Assembly (NCBI GenBank): GCA_964016885.1
Contig: OZ024741.1
Location: forward strand, 311,240,001 to 311,304,000
DNA length: 64,000 nt
Source of the DNA: Eledone cirrhosa
Lineage: Eukaryota
Direction of reading: 5' to 3'
Shown: in pieces, positions 1-12,932 of the stretch
Layout: every line of letters starts with the position of its first letter
Position numbering within the stretch: position 1 is the first letter of the stretch
Program-made: the position numbers and the translations under genes
The notes under the pieces: generated by a model
Told to the model about the DNA's origin: nothing
The model's database searches: none
Seen by the model: the letters and a program-made list of their open reading frames with translations, nothing else

Positions 1-11
1 ATTATTATTAC

Positions 12-102
<91 letters not shown>
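12..102. repeat. (TA)n microsatellite, representative of dozens of (TA)n, (CA)n, (GA)n and (TACA)n tracts that border most elements
   Basis: Directly visible dinucleotide run. Confidence 0.98.
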
Positions 103-105
<3 letters not shown>

Positions 106-676
106 CGCTGTGACCCGTCTATTTCGTTTATACTGCTTCCTCTTTCTCTGTATCTTTACCCTCTTTAACAGTCACTCTCTATGTTAGCCTCTTCCTCACC
201 CTTCACTCACTAACTCTCTGTTACTACCTCTCCTCCTCCTCCTTCTTCCCGATTGACCTGTGCATAAATCATTTCTTTCGCACATTTGGCCAGGCTGGTT
301 CGCCTTTTTTCTCTCTCTCGTCTACGATTTCACAGAAATTATGTTCACCGAATTCACAGACTAGATTCCTTCTTCCTCCCGTTAGACCTGTACGGAATTC
401 CTTCCTTGCTCACATTCCAACCAGGTTTGATGGTCTTTATTCTCTCTCGTTCAGGATTTCACCGAACCTATATTCATGGAAATTTGGGACTTGACTCGTA
501 CTTCCTCACTTTTCGTTGCTTCACCATCTTTGTTTGTTTACACTCTCGCTGTCCCCTTTATTTACGTGTCCCAATGACTTGTTTTACCCGTTGCTCGCAC
601 CAACCGCGGCTATATGGTCTTTAAAGCGGAGAAATACCTGTGATGGTGGGAAGATCACTGACGAAGGACCACTTTA

Positions 677-743
<67 letters not shown>

Positions 744-1125
744 TATGGTGTGAACCGAACATTATGGTCTGTCGGTTGTGATCCAGATAAAAAGAAGCGT
801 TCAACAATCTGTATAAATGGTGCAAGCCGGAGCATTATATATTAATAAAAAATATCCTTAGCGAAATATGTATAACGGAGTTAAATAAATCTGAATCAAC
901 TGAATATGGCCTTTTATTAATATATATATAATGGCTGCAACTTCATTTTCAGTAATGCCAGCGCATTATACATAAGCATGAGCATCACGGACGTGGCTTT
1001 TTAGCCATGTTAGGTACATGCCTATGGCCAGCAACAACATGCATCGCAAAAATATCACTTACTGAGCAATGTCTATGTTTGCAGCTATTTCAACTCAGGA
1101 AAGGCTTTGCATGCATCCAATCCTA

Positions 1126-1322
1126 CACCATGAACCTGAAGATTGCGAAAGCATGAAAGTACTTGATCAATTAACACTTAACCATAAATATTCTACCATA
1201 CTATTTCATTCTAATACCATTATAAATTTTAAAGGGTGTGTAAATAAAACGAGTAAATCAGACAAAGTTGGAATTCCTTTTATTAATATAATCTTCTATA
1301 CACAATAATACACACCCATGTA
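1126..1322 (+). mobile_element. Single arm of palindromic HHR element (family A)
   Basis: Reverse complement of 1399-1595; homologous to 19250-19445. Confidence 0.75.
1131..1169 (+). ncRNA. Minimal type I hammerhead ribozyme (family A)
   Basis: tgaac CTGAAGA t-tgc-gaaa-gca-t GAAA gtac TT gatca; palindromic stem III; one mismatch in stem I. Confidence 0.75.
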
Positions 1323-1325
1323 TAT

Positions 1326-1378
<53 letters not shown>

Positions 1379-1398
1379 TAGATAGATAGATAGATAAA

Positions 1399-1733
1399 TA
1401 TACACGGCAGTGTATGATTGTGTATAGAAGATTATATTAATAAAAGGAATTCCAACTTTGTCTGATTTACTCGTTTTATTTATAGTCCTTTAAAATGTAT
1501 AATGGTATTAGAATGAAATTATATTGTAGAATATTAAATGTTAAGTGTTAATTGAACAAGTACTTTCATGCTTTCGCAATCTTCCCGTTTCATAATGTGT
1601 GGTGACAGTCAAGTTTGCAATTTTCAACTGAAATTTTCAACAATTTTCAACAGTTAAAAATTGCAAACTTGACTGACACCACACATTACGAACCTGAAGA
1701 TTGCGAAAGCATGAAAGTACTTGTTCAATTAAC

Positions 1734-1735
<2 letters not shown>
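1399..1735. mobile_element. Fold-back palindromic element (family A), right arm truncated at a TA tract
   Basis: Arms symmetric about ~1640; same architecture at 19250-19635. Confidence 0.75.
1690..1726 (+). ncRNA. Minimal type I hammerhead ribozyme (family A), intact core
   Basis: gaac CTGAAGA ttgcgaaagcat GAAA gtac TT gttc: stem I gaac/gttc, stem II tgc/gca, self-complementary stem III. Confidence 0.85.
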
Positions 1736-1810
<75 letters not shown>

Positions 1811-2292
1811 CTGTATAGAACCAATTTGAAACTAGTTAGACCATTACTTTACAGAGTACTCGTAATTTGGCACAGTACCGTATGAGAGTCTAGCTTAATC
1901 TACCTATACACATATCTGATTAGAAGAATTCTTCGGGTGAATCGCTTAATCCATTAAGACTGAGTGCTCTACTGTTGTTAGATATAACCTCCCGTTTTTA
2001 CCACTACATATGTATACATATATAAATAAATTATTTATATATATATATATATCAGTATACAACCAGTTTGAAACTAGTTAGACCATTACTCTACAGAGTA
2101 ATCGATACGTGGCATAGTAGAGTATGAGAATCCAGCTAGATCTACCTATACACATACATGATCTGAAGAATTCTTCGGGTGAATCGCTTAATCTCAAGTT
2201 TGGTTTCCTAAAATCGATAACAACCTCATAATTTAGACTAAGTGCTCTACTATTGTTGGATATAACCTCCCGTTTTTTACCACTACATATGC
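1811..2292 (+). repeat. Two diverged tandem copies of a ~240-bp unit with a degenerate HHR-like motif
   Basis: Units start near 1811 and 2053; gat CTGAAGA attcttcgggt GAAT cgc TTA atc at ~2160-2193. Confidence 0.7.
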
Positions 2293-2369
2293 ATGTATAT
2301 ATACATATGCATATATATATAAGATTATATATATGTATATATATATATATATATAGTAGTATATATGTT

Positions 2370-3020
2370 GACTGTAAGGCTAGAAATGTAGTATATGGCT
2401 AAGATGTGCTGAAGGACAATGTAGAGATAGGAGTATAGTGTACATAGGCGAGAGAGCTCGTAGTATAGGAGAACGGGTGGATGAACACTGGCGAGAGCTT
2501 CAAGATGGAAGGGAGTCATCTGTGTTCCACCAACATGCTAAAATAGAAGGTAAGGGTAAATTAAAGAACATAGAAATGGAGAAGGAGTCTGCACACAGAA
2601 AGAGCGAAGTGTTTGGACAAATCACAGAGGCAGTGGGCATAAATGAACTCCAACCAAAATTGAATAGAAAACATGGGTGGAGTAGCAGCGTCGCAACTTA
2701 CAATTAAGGAAAATGAAGACACACATGCACATAAAGCAAACACGCGGCCAGTAACATGTAAATAAACAGGTGGATAGACAGATATGGACACACACAAACG
2801 CCCGGATGTGGCGCATTGGCGGACTGAGCACACAGCACTAAAAAAAAAAGAAGATGGCGAAGGACAGAATAAAGGAGAGGCACAAAAACAAAGAAAAGAA
2901 TCCCCAGTCACTGAGGGGGTCACAGAATGTGTGACGAAAGAACTTTGGCGATATATGAACAACCGTCCGGTTGTGGAATCAACAAACCAACAGGAAATTT
3001 ATAAATTCTTAAATTTATAA
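2370..3020 (+). mobile_element. Penelope-like 3' fragment: decayed GIY-YIG endonuclease plus 3' UTR with degenerate HHR (2907-2949)
   Basis: CKARNVVY...YIGERARSIGERVDEH...ITEAVGINELQPKLN; gtca CTGAGGG g gtcaca/tgtgac GAAA gaac TT tggc. Confidence 0.8.
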
Positions 3021-3119
3021 ATTTAACTTATAATAACTTGGAGTGAAAGCTACTGAGGTGTATGTTTCTTATTGGCAACATGACGCTCCCAAAGCATAAC
3101 AATATATATATATATATAT

Positions 3120-3565
3120 ATAACGAAGGAAATGTGGTAAGGAACCAGCTGGACCATAACGCACCAAAGTACTCAATACTTAGGGTAGTAGAGTGGGTAA
3201 TAGGAACAAGTAAGACCCCGACGGCTGAGCTCAAGCCGTTTCGACGGCTAATTCTGGACTGAATGAAAATTTATTCTGGTATTTAAATAGCCGAGCTTAT
3301 CAAGGGATAATTCCATATATGGTCAAAGAGATAATCACTAGGATTGGTCACATCACAAGTTAGTAGTAAATCTGTGATGGCAAATTGCTTGGGGAAGGGG
3401 TAGCTAAACCTGCCGGTAGGAGAAAAAGGGATAGGGGGTGGAGTAGACCCAATCATGCGTTGGTAGTGCCGGCTACAGCTGGGCGTGACGTCAAAGAGGA
3501 TACTGGGGAGGGGGAGGGGGAGGAAGTCGAAATGGTAAGTAGAACAATGAGGGGTAAAACTATAT
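3120..3565 (-). mobile_element. Inverted pseudo-LTR of the Naiad-type Penelope family
   Basis: Reverse complement of 8050-8403; homologous to 45540-45988. Confidence 0.88.
3215..3308 (-). ncRNA. Type I hammerhead ribozyme with U3-A8 core and long stem II
   Basis: Minus strand: atccc TTGATAA gct-cggcta...tagccg-tc GAAA cggc ttgagctca gccg TC ggggt. Confidence 0.75.
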
Positions 3566-3789
3566 TCCTATATTTGGTGTAATAACGAGAGATGAAACAC
3601 AATGTATAACAGATTCCTGTTTACCATCGACGGCGAATGGGAGGTTAAGTTTTGCTCAAGATACATATATTTCAAAAATACTTATTAGGGCTGATTTGCT
3701 TATTTACTTGATGGGTGTATGTGTGCGAACCAACAATATGTTATATATATATTTATATATATTTACATATATATATATATATATATATA

Positions 3790-4982
3790 ATCAGGAACTA
3801 GAAAGAAAGGGTCTCAAAGTCAACATGACAAAGACTAGGTGCTTGTAAGTAGACGAGAAAACAGAACCCAGATCTCCTCAGGGAAATGGCCTTGCTCAGT
3901 ATGTAGGAAAGGTGTAGGTAGGAACTCCATTCTCTGCCCCAAATGCAAACAATGGGTACACAAGAGATGTAGCCGGATCTCAGGAAGCTTAATTAAGAAT
4001 GTAAGATTCACATGCAGCAGCTGTGCTGAGACAGCATGCACCAAACAGCCACAGGGAACAAGTACCACCAATCTCTGGGAGGGCCCTGTAGAAACAGTAG
4101 ACAGCTTCTGCTACCTAAGTGACCGAATTAGCAACGGAGGTGGGTGTTCAGAAAGTACAATAACTAGGGTAAGAACGGGATGGAAGAAGTTTAGGGAACT
4201 TCTACCACTGCTAGCTGCACAAGGCTTCTCCCTCAGAATGAAAGGCAGACTGTATGATGCGTGTATCCGAACAGCGATGTTGCATGGTAGTGAGACCTGG
4301 GCGCTGAAGGTGGAAGACTTACGTAGATTAGAGAGAAACGAAGCCTGCATGCTCCGATGGATGTGTAACAGTAATATACGTGAACGACAAAGCATAAATG
4401 AATTGAAAGAGAGACTGAGCATAAGAGGAATCAAATGCTGTGTGCAGGAGAGGCGGTTGCGCTGGTATGGACATGTGATGCGTATGAAGGATGACAGCTG
4501 CATAAAAAGGTGCAGAGCACTAGAAGTTGATGGAAACCGCGGAGTGGGGAGACCCAAGATGACCTGGGATGAGGTGATAAAAGCCGACCTTACCCAATTA
4601 CACCTCTTAAAGACAATGACACACGACCGTGACTTCTAGCGTCACGCAGTAATACAGAGTACCCGACCTCCCATGGGTACAAGCTGAAGCATATAGACAA
4701 TATGCCCCCCCCCCCGCAAGGTGGTCGTGGAGGTGCCACGGCTAAAAAGCACCCAGCCCACACTGTAAAGTGGACGTGTAGGCGCCACGAAAAAGCACCC
4801 AGCACTCACTGTAAATGAGGTTGGTGTTAGGAAGGGGATCCAGCTGTAGAAATCAAGCCAGATCAGTTCCTGTATGAGCAAAGCATGGTCAGCCGACCAG
4901 ACACTGCCCACAACAGGACAACCCGTCTAACCCATGCTAGCGTGGAAGAACGGACGTAAAACGGTGATGATGATGATGATGA

Positions 4983-4985
<3 letters not shown>
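3790..4985 (+). mobile_element. 5'-truncated RTE-clade LINE with PHD-like finger and (TGA)n tail
   Basis: GLKVNMTKT, then CSVC..CPKC..HKRC..CSSC, FCYLSD, LHGSETW, RRLRWYGHVMR, GRPKMTW; 3' tail tgatgatga. Confidence 0.92.
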
Positions 4986-5059
<74 letters not shown>

Positions 5060-5096
5060 TATATGTATATATATATATAATTTCATTCTATTAAGG

Positions 5097-5129
<33 letters not shown>

Positions 5130-5134
<5 letters not shown>

Positions 5135-8100
5135 CATTCTATTAAGGCTTACCTACACGGAACCCTTTGCTCTCACCCTTCGAGAATGACCTCTTCAAAC
5201 TGGTCAAGAACCTTAAATTCAAACCCAGATATAACCGATTCCTACAAAAACTCCGTAGCAACTTAACAGAGTATGATAAGACCAATGACATAATGGTGCA
5301 TTCGGATAAAACTGGGAACCTATACTTTGTCAACCCCGACAGATACCACACACTGATCAGGAGCAGCCTAAACTCCACCTATAAAAAGGCTAACCACTCA
5401 TGCATCGAAGACATTAATCGAGATGGACAACAAATTACCTCCAGCCTCGGGGTCGCCGACCGCACCGAACCCCTAGACCCACGGACACCCTACTTCACAC
5501 TGAAGGACCACAAATCCGATTTCGACCGTAAACCATCTATCAGGCTTATAAACCCAACGAAGTCCGACATAGGGAGAATCAGCAAACAAATCCTAGACCG
5601 CGTGATACCAAAAGTCAAGCAACACGCCCGACTTAGCCTATGGATCAACACCCAGGAATTATCTCCTGGTTCAGCAATATGGAGGATAAACGAGACACTA
5701 AATTTATCCAGTTCGACATAGAGAGCTACTATGCTTCAATCACCTTACCGCTACTTACTGCCGCCTTGGACTTCGCCGAAGCACTTGTGCCCATCACCGA
5801 CCAGGAAAGAAAAATTATCCTCCACGCCAGGAAGACAGTCTTACTCTTTGACAACTCCAAATGGATAAAAAGAGCTCCCGACTCACCCTTCGACATCAGC
5901 ATGGGCGCTACGGATTCGGCGGAGGTCACAGATTTTATAGGATTATTCCTTATAGCCAAACTCACCGATATGTTTCCTGCTTTCGGTGGTGGATTGTACC
6001 GTGATGATGGGCTCCTTACCCTTAAAGGGTACAACCCCAGTAGTACAGATCGGGTCCGTAAACAATTAATCAGCTTCTTCCACGACTGGGGATTTAAAAT
6101 ATTCCTACAAACGTCCCTGACCCGAGTTAATTTCCTGGACGTTACCCTCGATCTCAATAATGACCTGTACTACCCATACAGGAAACCCAATGACAACCTG
6201 CACTACATCCACCGGCGATCTAACCATCCTAGGAACATCACCAACAACCTGGTCAAAAACATCTCCCTCCGCATATCCCGTTTGTCAGCTAATGAGAAGA
6301 TATTCGATGAACATGCGCCTTACTACAACCAGGCCCTCAAGCGGAGTGGTTTCCGGGAGGAAATATCCTAGTGTCCATCTCCCATTAGCGGAACCAGCAG
6401 GCGACACCGCCGCTCACGCAATGTAACATGGTTCAATCCTCCACACAACGCCGAGGTGACAACTCCCATCGGGAAAATTTTCTTTAGGCTCATTGAAAAA
6501 CACTTCCCACCACAACACCGCTACCACAACATAATTAACAAAAATACCATCAAACTCTCTTACAGCACTACACCTAACTTCGCACAAAACATCGTCTCCT
6601 CCAACAACAAAAAACTCAACCCCGATGGAAGAAACAACCTAAATAGCAGTGGAGAGCCGACCAGGAGGTGCAACTGTCCTGATGGATCCAGTTGCCCCCT
6701 CGACAACAGATGCAGAGACCGTAATGTGATCTACCAGTGCAACGTGAGCACGGACACCTCCAACAAAGCTGATATAGGATTAACCGCATGTGACTTCAAG
6801 ACCCGGCTATACCAACACAGACATACCTACCGAAATCCGGCCCGGCGTCACGCCACTACACTTTCGGGCCACATATGGGACCCCAAGGACAACAACATCA
6901 ACTATGATCTCACTTGGAAATTACTGTCCAGAGCCAACTCTTACACGGGAGGACGCCGTCCGTGCAATTTATGCTCGGAGGAAACTTTACAAATGCTATT
7001 TTCGACGGACCAACTCCTAAACAAGAAAGATGAACTGGTTACTGGTTACTGCATGTAAACACCGATTACGTAGGACTTACCTCGCCCTCAAACCCCATAA
7101 TGACCCGGGGGGGGGGGGGTAGACTAGGGCTATAATACCCCACTTGCCTATTTTGTAATGGGTCTTCCCTGCTTGCCAATGGAGACGTAAGATCTTCTTT
7201 TACATTCTTTTATCGCTTCCTCTATATTTCCTCCTTCCCCCATCCCCCCCTAGTCCTTCTACCCCAGTTCCTTTTCTTTGTCGTCGTCTTTTTCTCGCCC
7301 ACCCGAGGTAGCCCCTCGGTCCCTTGTAGCTTCAGCACCCCCACCCTCCTCCCCTTTTCTATGATAGATTTGGCTGACTCTGCTTTTTATAGCAGAGGTG
7401 TTAGACTTCGGATACTTGCCCCCTTCTCCGACCGCTGTCCCTTTTTTCCGTGCTATCTATATTTCTTAGTGGCATCTTTGCTCTAATTTCTCGTTTATCC
7501 AGTATTTCTTTCTTCTTTTTCCCTTTTTTTTTGGGGGGGGGGGGGTCTGTATTAATTTTCCGTTCTTTACTTTTACGATCTTTCATGTAGCTTGTATAAG
7601 ACTTTTTGTTTCGTGGCGGTACCCTTATAGTTAGCACTAGTATTTTTTTGCGGGACCCTGAATTATATTCTCGTACTAGTTTACTTTCTTGCACTGGGTG
7701 TTTGCTGGCCCTGTGATTGGGGTAGAAACCTTTATTATTTCGTGGTAGTCTCTTTAGTATTTTGCCCCCCCCCCCCCCCCCCTTTTTGTTGACCCGTCAC
7801 CGTACGATACACGCACTTATACCTCGTATAAGGGTCCCTTTATTTCCGTCCCACCTAGTTTATTTTTATTATTATTATTTATTTTTTTATTCTTCATTAT
7901 ATATATTTTTTTAAATTTATTTATCTATTCTTTTATTCACTTATTTGTTTATTTATTTATTTATTTATGTATTTCTTCAGCCTAGCAATAGCGAGAGACT
8001 TAAGTCTTAGTAACCAGACTTTGTTTATTTTTTGTTCTCTCTCAGTACTTTTTATAGTTTTACCCGCCATTGTTCTACTTACAGTTCCGACTTCCGCCCC

Positions 8101-8403
8101 TCCCCCTCCCCAGTATCCTCTTTGACCTCACGCCCAGCTGTAGCCGGCACTACCAACGCATGATTGGGTCTACTCCACCCCTCTCCCTTTTTCTCCTACC
8201 GGCAGGTTTAGCTACCCCTTCCCCCACCAATTTGCTATCACAGATTTACTACTAACTTATGATGTGACCAATCCTGGTGATTATCTCTTTGACCATATAT
8301 GGAATTAAGCTCGGCTATTTAAATACCAGAATAAATTTTCATTCAGTCCAGAATTAGCCGTCGAAACGGCTTCAGCTCAGCCGTCGGGGTCTTACTTGTT
8401 CCT
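5130..8403 (+). mobile_element. Near full-length Penelope-like element (Naiad-type); RT + GIY-YIG broken by a frameshift (~5655) and a stop (6369-6371)
   Basis: FIQFDIESYY, MGATDSAEV, GLYRDDG, FLDVTLDL, CNCPDGSSCPLDNRC linker, NVIY..DIGLT, CNLC; long 3' UTR/pLTR. Confidence 0.93.
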
Positions 8404-8837
8404 ATATATATATATATATATAGGAGAAAAGAGCATTGTCTGCAGATAGATGATCAGTTAGGACACTGCATCAACACTAATCCTACAGTACTCGAACTGC
8501 TAGATCACGAATTATATTGAAATAAGCACCCAACCGAAGCCTATATACATTGAAGAATAAGTATGCATAAATGGTTTTTTACATCAATTTATCCGGAAAT
8601 TTTCCATTGCCTGTGTTTCAAGGGGTTTGGTGACTATGGATAGTGTTGTTTCCTTAGCATACATCTGGTCTATTCAGATTAGTTTTCAACAATAATTAGT
8701 TGTCAAAAGACTAATTGTCAACAATATCTTTTGCATTTGCATTCTTTATTCTATGTCCATACCTGCATTGTTTTGGCTTTATTATACATATACAAACGTT
8801 TATACCTCATTACACAATGCTTCAAGGGAACTATAAC

Positions 8838-8896
<59 letters not shown>

Positions 8897-8899
<3 letters not shown>

Positions 8900-11800
8900 G
8901 GAAAGGGGACTGCAACAGAGAAGAACTGAAATCCCTTCCACGCTGGTAAAAAAGTGCCGCTTGGTTCCTACACTATGAATCGACTTTTCAAACGAATTAC
9001 ACCTCCAATAACCCGTTCATAAAAATAGGAAAACCCATAACTGAACCGCACAACTTCTCAAACCCCCAAGCCACTAACAAACGAAGAAGGAAGCACCACA
9101 CCGAAGATGAACTTCCCAACCTCGCTACCATAAGAAGGAACAAAAACCCAAGAAATCATCTCCCCCAGAATGACATTTACAACTTTCACCCTTCAAGGAG
9201 ACACCATACTAAATCACTCAACTACTACGCGGATGCCTCATCGTCAAACATAGGGAAAAGATACCACCACCATGATAGATGTAAAAACTTCCCCGCTTCA
9301 AGGGGACAGCAAAGTAATTACCATTTTCTCAACTCTCGCTTCCACAATACACAACAAACCCACACCACACGATACAACCAACAACGTAGGCCACTTATAA
9401 CATCACAATACAACATGGCACATAGAAACACACACCCATACTCGCAGTACAGGAACACCCCATTCAATCTACAACCACCAACCCGAACTACATTTTGCAA
9501 CAACAAGGAATATAACAAACACAGGAGACCACTTAACATCAGCAGACAACCCCTCTACCCCAATAATTTTTTAGACACAGCACACAGATACAGGCAAACA
9601 AAATAACACAAGACAGGGAGGAGAAACCGATAGTAATAAAAATTATCAATCTTACTAGTGCAGAACCAACACCCAACCTTATCAACTTACTCTCCAAAGG
9701 TCTTAAATTCACACCGACCCACTACGTCCTAACTACTATGAAATGAAGGAAGGCATCACAGACTTCTGTAGAAAGTTACGACTTAGTGAACAACTATTCG
9801 ACCAGTACAATGAGGATGAATCATTAGCCAGAAATAGAAGCAATTACACCCCTTCAAAAGGTAAAAATAAAATCCTGGACGAATTCTGTGAACACATCAC
9901 AAACTTCCCTTACCAACACTTGCACCGACAAAAACACAAGCCAAACCTCAACAAGAAAGAATGGGAAGAATTAAATAGATTAAAAACCGACAGAACCATT
10001 ACAATTAAAGAGGCTGATAAAGGGAGTACAGTAGTCCTAATGGAGACAGAATTATATATCAACTTAGCGCTCTCCACTTTGGAAAACGAAACATACTACG
10101 AAAAGGCTGAACACTACAATCAACAGAAAATTATGAGAAACCTAAAAACTCTAATCAACCAATACAAAGAAGGACTCACTAACAAGGAATTCAGCTTCAT
10201 CACAGACTTCACAAGTAAATCCAGCCTTTTCTACGGTATCCCTAAAGTACATAAAAGCGAATTAATAAGTAAGGCCTGCAAGGAAGCCACAGACATAGTC
10301 ATCAATGTCCCGCACCCAATGATCTCAAATTAAGACCTATAATAGCAGGCCCCGCTTGCTAAACTCACCGCCTTAGCAACTTCATTGATACCCTTCTCAA
10401 ACCCTTTCTCAAACACATCAAAAGCTATATAAGGGACGACCTAGATATGCTCAATCACCTCCCTAATATGCCACTTTCTGAACAAACCCTACTAGTGACG
10501 TTCGATGTAGTCAAACTATACTCCAACATCCCCCACAAGCTAGGAATAGAAGCTATCCAATTCTGGCTGAATAATTTCCACAATGAACTCCCACAACGCA
10601 TCAAAAAAAATTCGTGATAGAGGGACTCAAATTTATCTTGGAGAACAATTACTTCGTTTTCAATAACAAACCCTACAGGCAGAAATCTGGGACCGCTATG
10701 GGAACGAAAACAGCCCCCACTTGTGCCAACCTAGTCATGGGATACCTGGAAATCACCCTCTACACTAAAGTCCTAAACAAATTTGGAAACACCCTCCACT
10801 TACACATTGAAAGGAACTGGAAGCGATATCTAGATGACTGCTTCATCCTTTGGCACGAAAACATCGAAAAACTTAAAGAATTTCACACCCTTATAAATGG
10901 GCTCAACACGAATATTAACGATGGAATACAGCCATCAACAACTCCCCTTCCTCGACATCCTCATTAAGATCCATAACAAAAAAATAGAAACAGACATATA
11001 CTACAAGCCCACAGACTCCAAGCAATATCTCCCTTTCAACTCTTGCCACCCTAGACACGTTAAAATTAATATTCCCTACAACTTAGCCAAGAGAATCTGT
11101 ACTATAGTCTCCAATAAAAACACCTGCTACTTACGGCTACAAGAACTAAAGGACACACTCATAGGCAGGGACTACCCTGCATCACTAATTGACAATGGAA
11201 TCCAACGTGCCCTAAAACTCAGTACCCAGGACCTTAGACAACCTAAAGTAAATCAACCGAAACTAAAAACTCTTCCATACATCTCCACACACAACCCCCT
11301 CAACAATGAGGCCTTTGACACCATCCTCCAGAACATCCCTGTGTTGAAAAAGGACCATAGAATGAACCAAATCCTACGAACACACGATATCATAAAGAGC
11401 AAAAGACAATCCAAGTCAATGAAAAACATCCTAACACATGCCAAAGTACTGCCAACCACAACAACGAAACCCACAGTAAAAAAAATGCGATAGACCCAAC
11501 TGTGGCATTTGCATCAACCAAATAGAGGGTTCGAAATTCTATTTCAAAGAAGGACAACGTTTTATAGTAAAACACAATTTCACATGTGCATCGGAAAATC
11601 TAATATATGTATTAACTTGCTCAGGTTGTCGAGAACGATACATAGGCCAGACCAAACACAGCCTCCGCCAACGCATGAGTGTCCATAGATCCCAAATTAA
11701 AATACGGGAATACAGGAAAATACCACTGAGTGAACACATTGATACCTGTGCCGCCCAAAATCATCCCAACTTCAGAATCTTTCCCCTCTACAAATTTAAA

Positions 11801-12010
11801 GATAATGCCACCCACACCCAGCGCATCAGCAAGGAATCTTACTTCATTAACAAATACGGACCCCGTCTAAACACTTCTCCCTAAGACGAACCCACAACAT
11901 ACACACGTCAACATACATATCTACATCAGCACACATCTCTACCCACATATAAACACAATGACATACGTAAACACACATGCTCTATGGTGCAACACAAACA
12001 AATATATGTG

Positions 12011-12043
<33 letters not shown>

Positions 12044-12240
12044 AGTGAATATATGTGTATCTATATATGTATATATAGTGAATATCATTTCACACCTTTT
12101 ATTGTTAAGATTTTTGATGTTCTATTAAGAGAACCGATTTTACTGAAAAAATCGAATAATGTACACCATTTTACCAGGGGGAAAATACTGGTCCACCCAC
12201 ACACACACACACACATTCTAACACACACACACACACACAC

Positions 12241-12272
<32 letters not shown>

Positions 12273-12428
12273 GCGTACATTAATATACAAAGAGACTTAT
12301 ACACACACACACACACACTTCTCCGTATAAGACAAAAGCTGAAAAACATCTTTTGACATGCTAAAATACCCCCCACTGCTTACAGACACATTCCTACTGA
12401 CCATCCATGCTACCACGAATTACTCTGC

Positions 12429-12430
<2 letters not shown>
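8897..12430 (+). mobile_element. Penelope-like element (Neptune-type), frameshifted RT + GIY-YIG
   Basis: LLSKGLKFTPT, IKEADKGS, TFDVVKLYSNIP, GTAMGT, RYLDDCF, FLDI, YYKPTD, CASENLIYVLTCSGC..YIGQT. Confidence 0.93.
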
Positions 12431-12496
<66 letters not shown>

Positions 12497-12889
12497 TATA
12501 TATGTTTGCGTGCGTGTGTCTGTGTGTGTAAATGTGATGTTTAATATAGAAATCGCTGCTACAGGACTAGAATTATTTCATCCAAAGAAATCACCAGGAA
12601 ACGGCTTTCCTGGTGATTACTTTTGAATGAAATAGTTCTAATACTGTAGAAAGCATGTCTATATTAAACGTGATATTTACACCCTACATTGTCATTTGTT
12701 CCATACTTACACTGGTTACCTTCGATTGAAACCGGGATTAATATATATATATATATATATATATGTGAATATAGACATAGAATATTCGAAAATATTCTGT
12801 ATGTTTATAATAAACATTTTGAAGACCTAATCGCTATAGAATAGAATACGTCACGTATTACAATTAGATTCTCGATAAAAGCAAGGGAA

Positions 12890-12932
12890 GTAATCTACGC
12901 GTTTCATTCTTATTAGAAATCTTCAGGACTAC
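12890..12932 (-). ncRNA. Minimal type I hammerhead ribozyme (family B)
   Basis: Reverse complement of gtagtc CTGAAGA tttctaataagaat GAAA cgcg TA gattac. Confidence 0.88.

Noticed and set aside
5077-5151. 26-bp duplication at the Naiad 5' end
   Set aside because: Simple 5'-junction template jump or slippage in a TA tract.
7095-7165. SECIS-like ATGA...GA hairpin after the Naiad ORF (also ~43500-43580 and 44615-44685)
   Set aside because: ATGA lies inside the ORF end, apical AA is absent, and the family has no in-frame TGA; the stop at 6369-6371 is TAG replacing Tyr.
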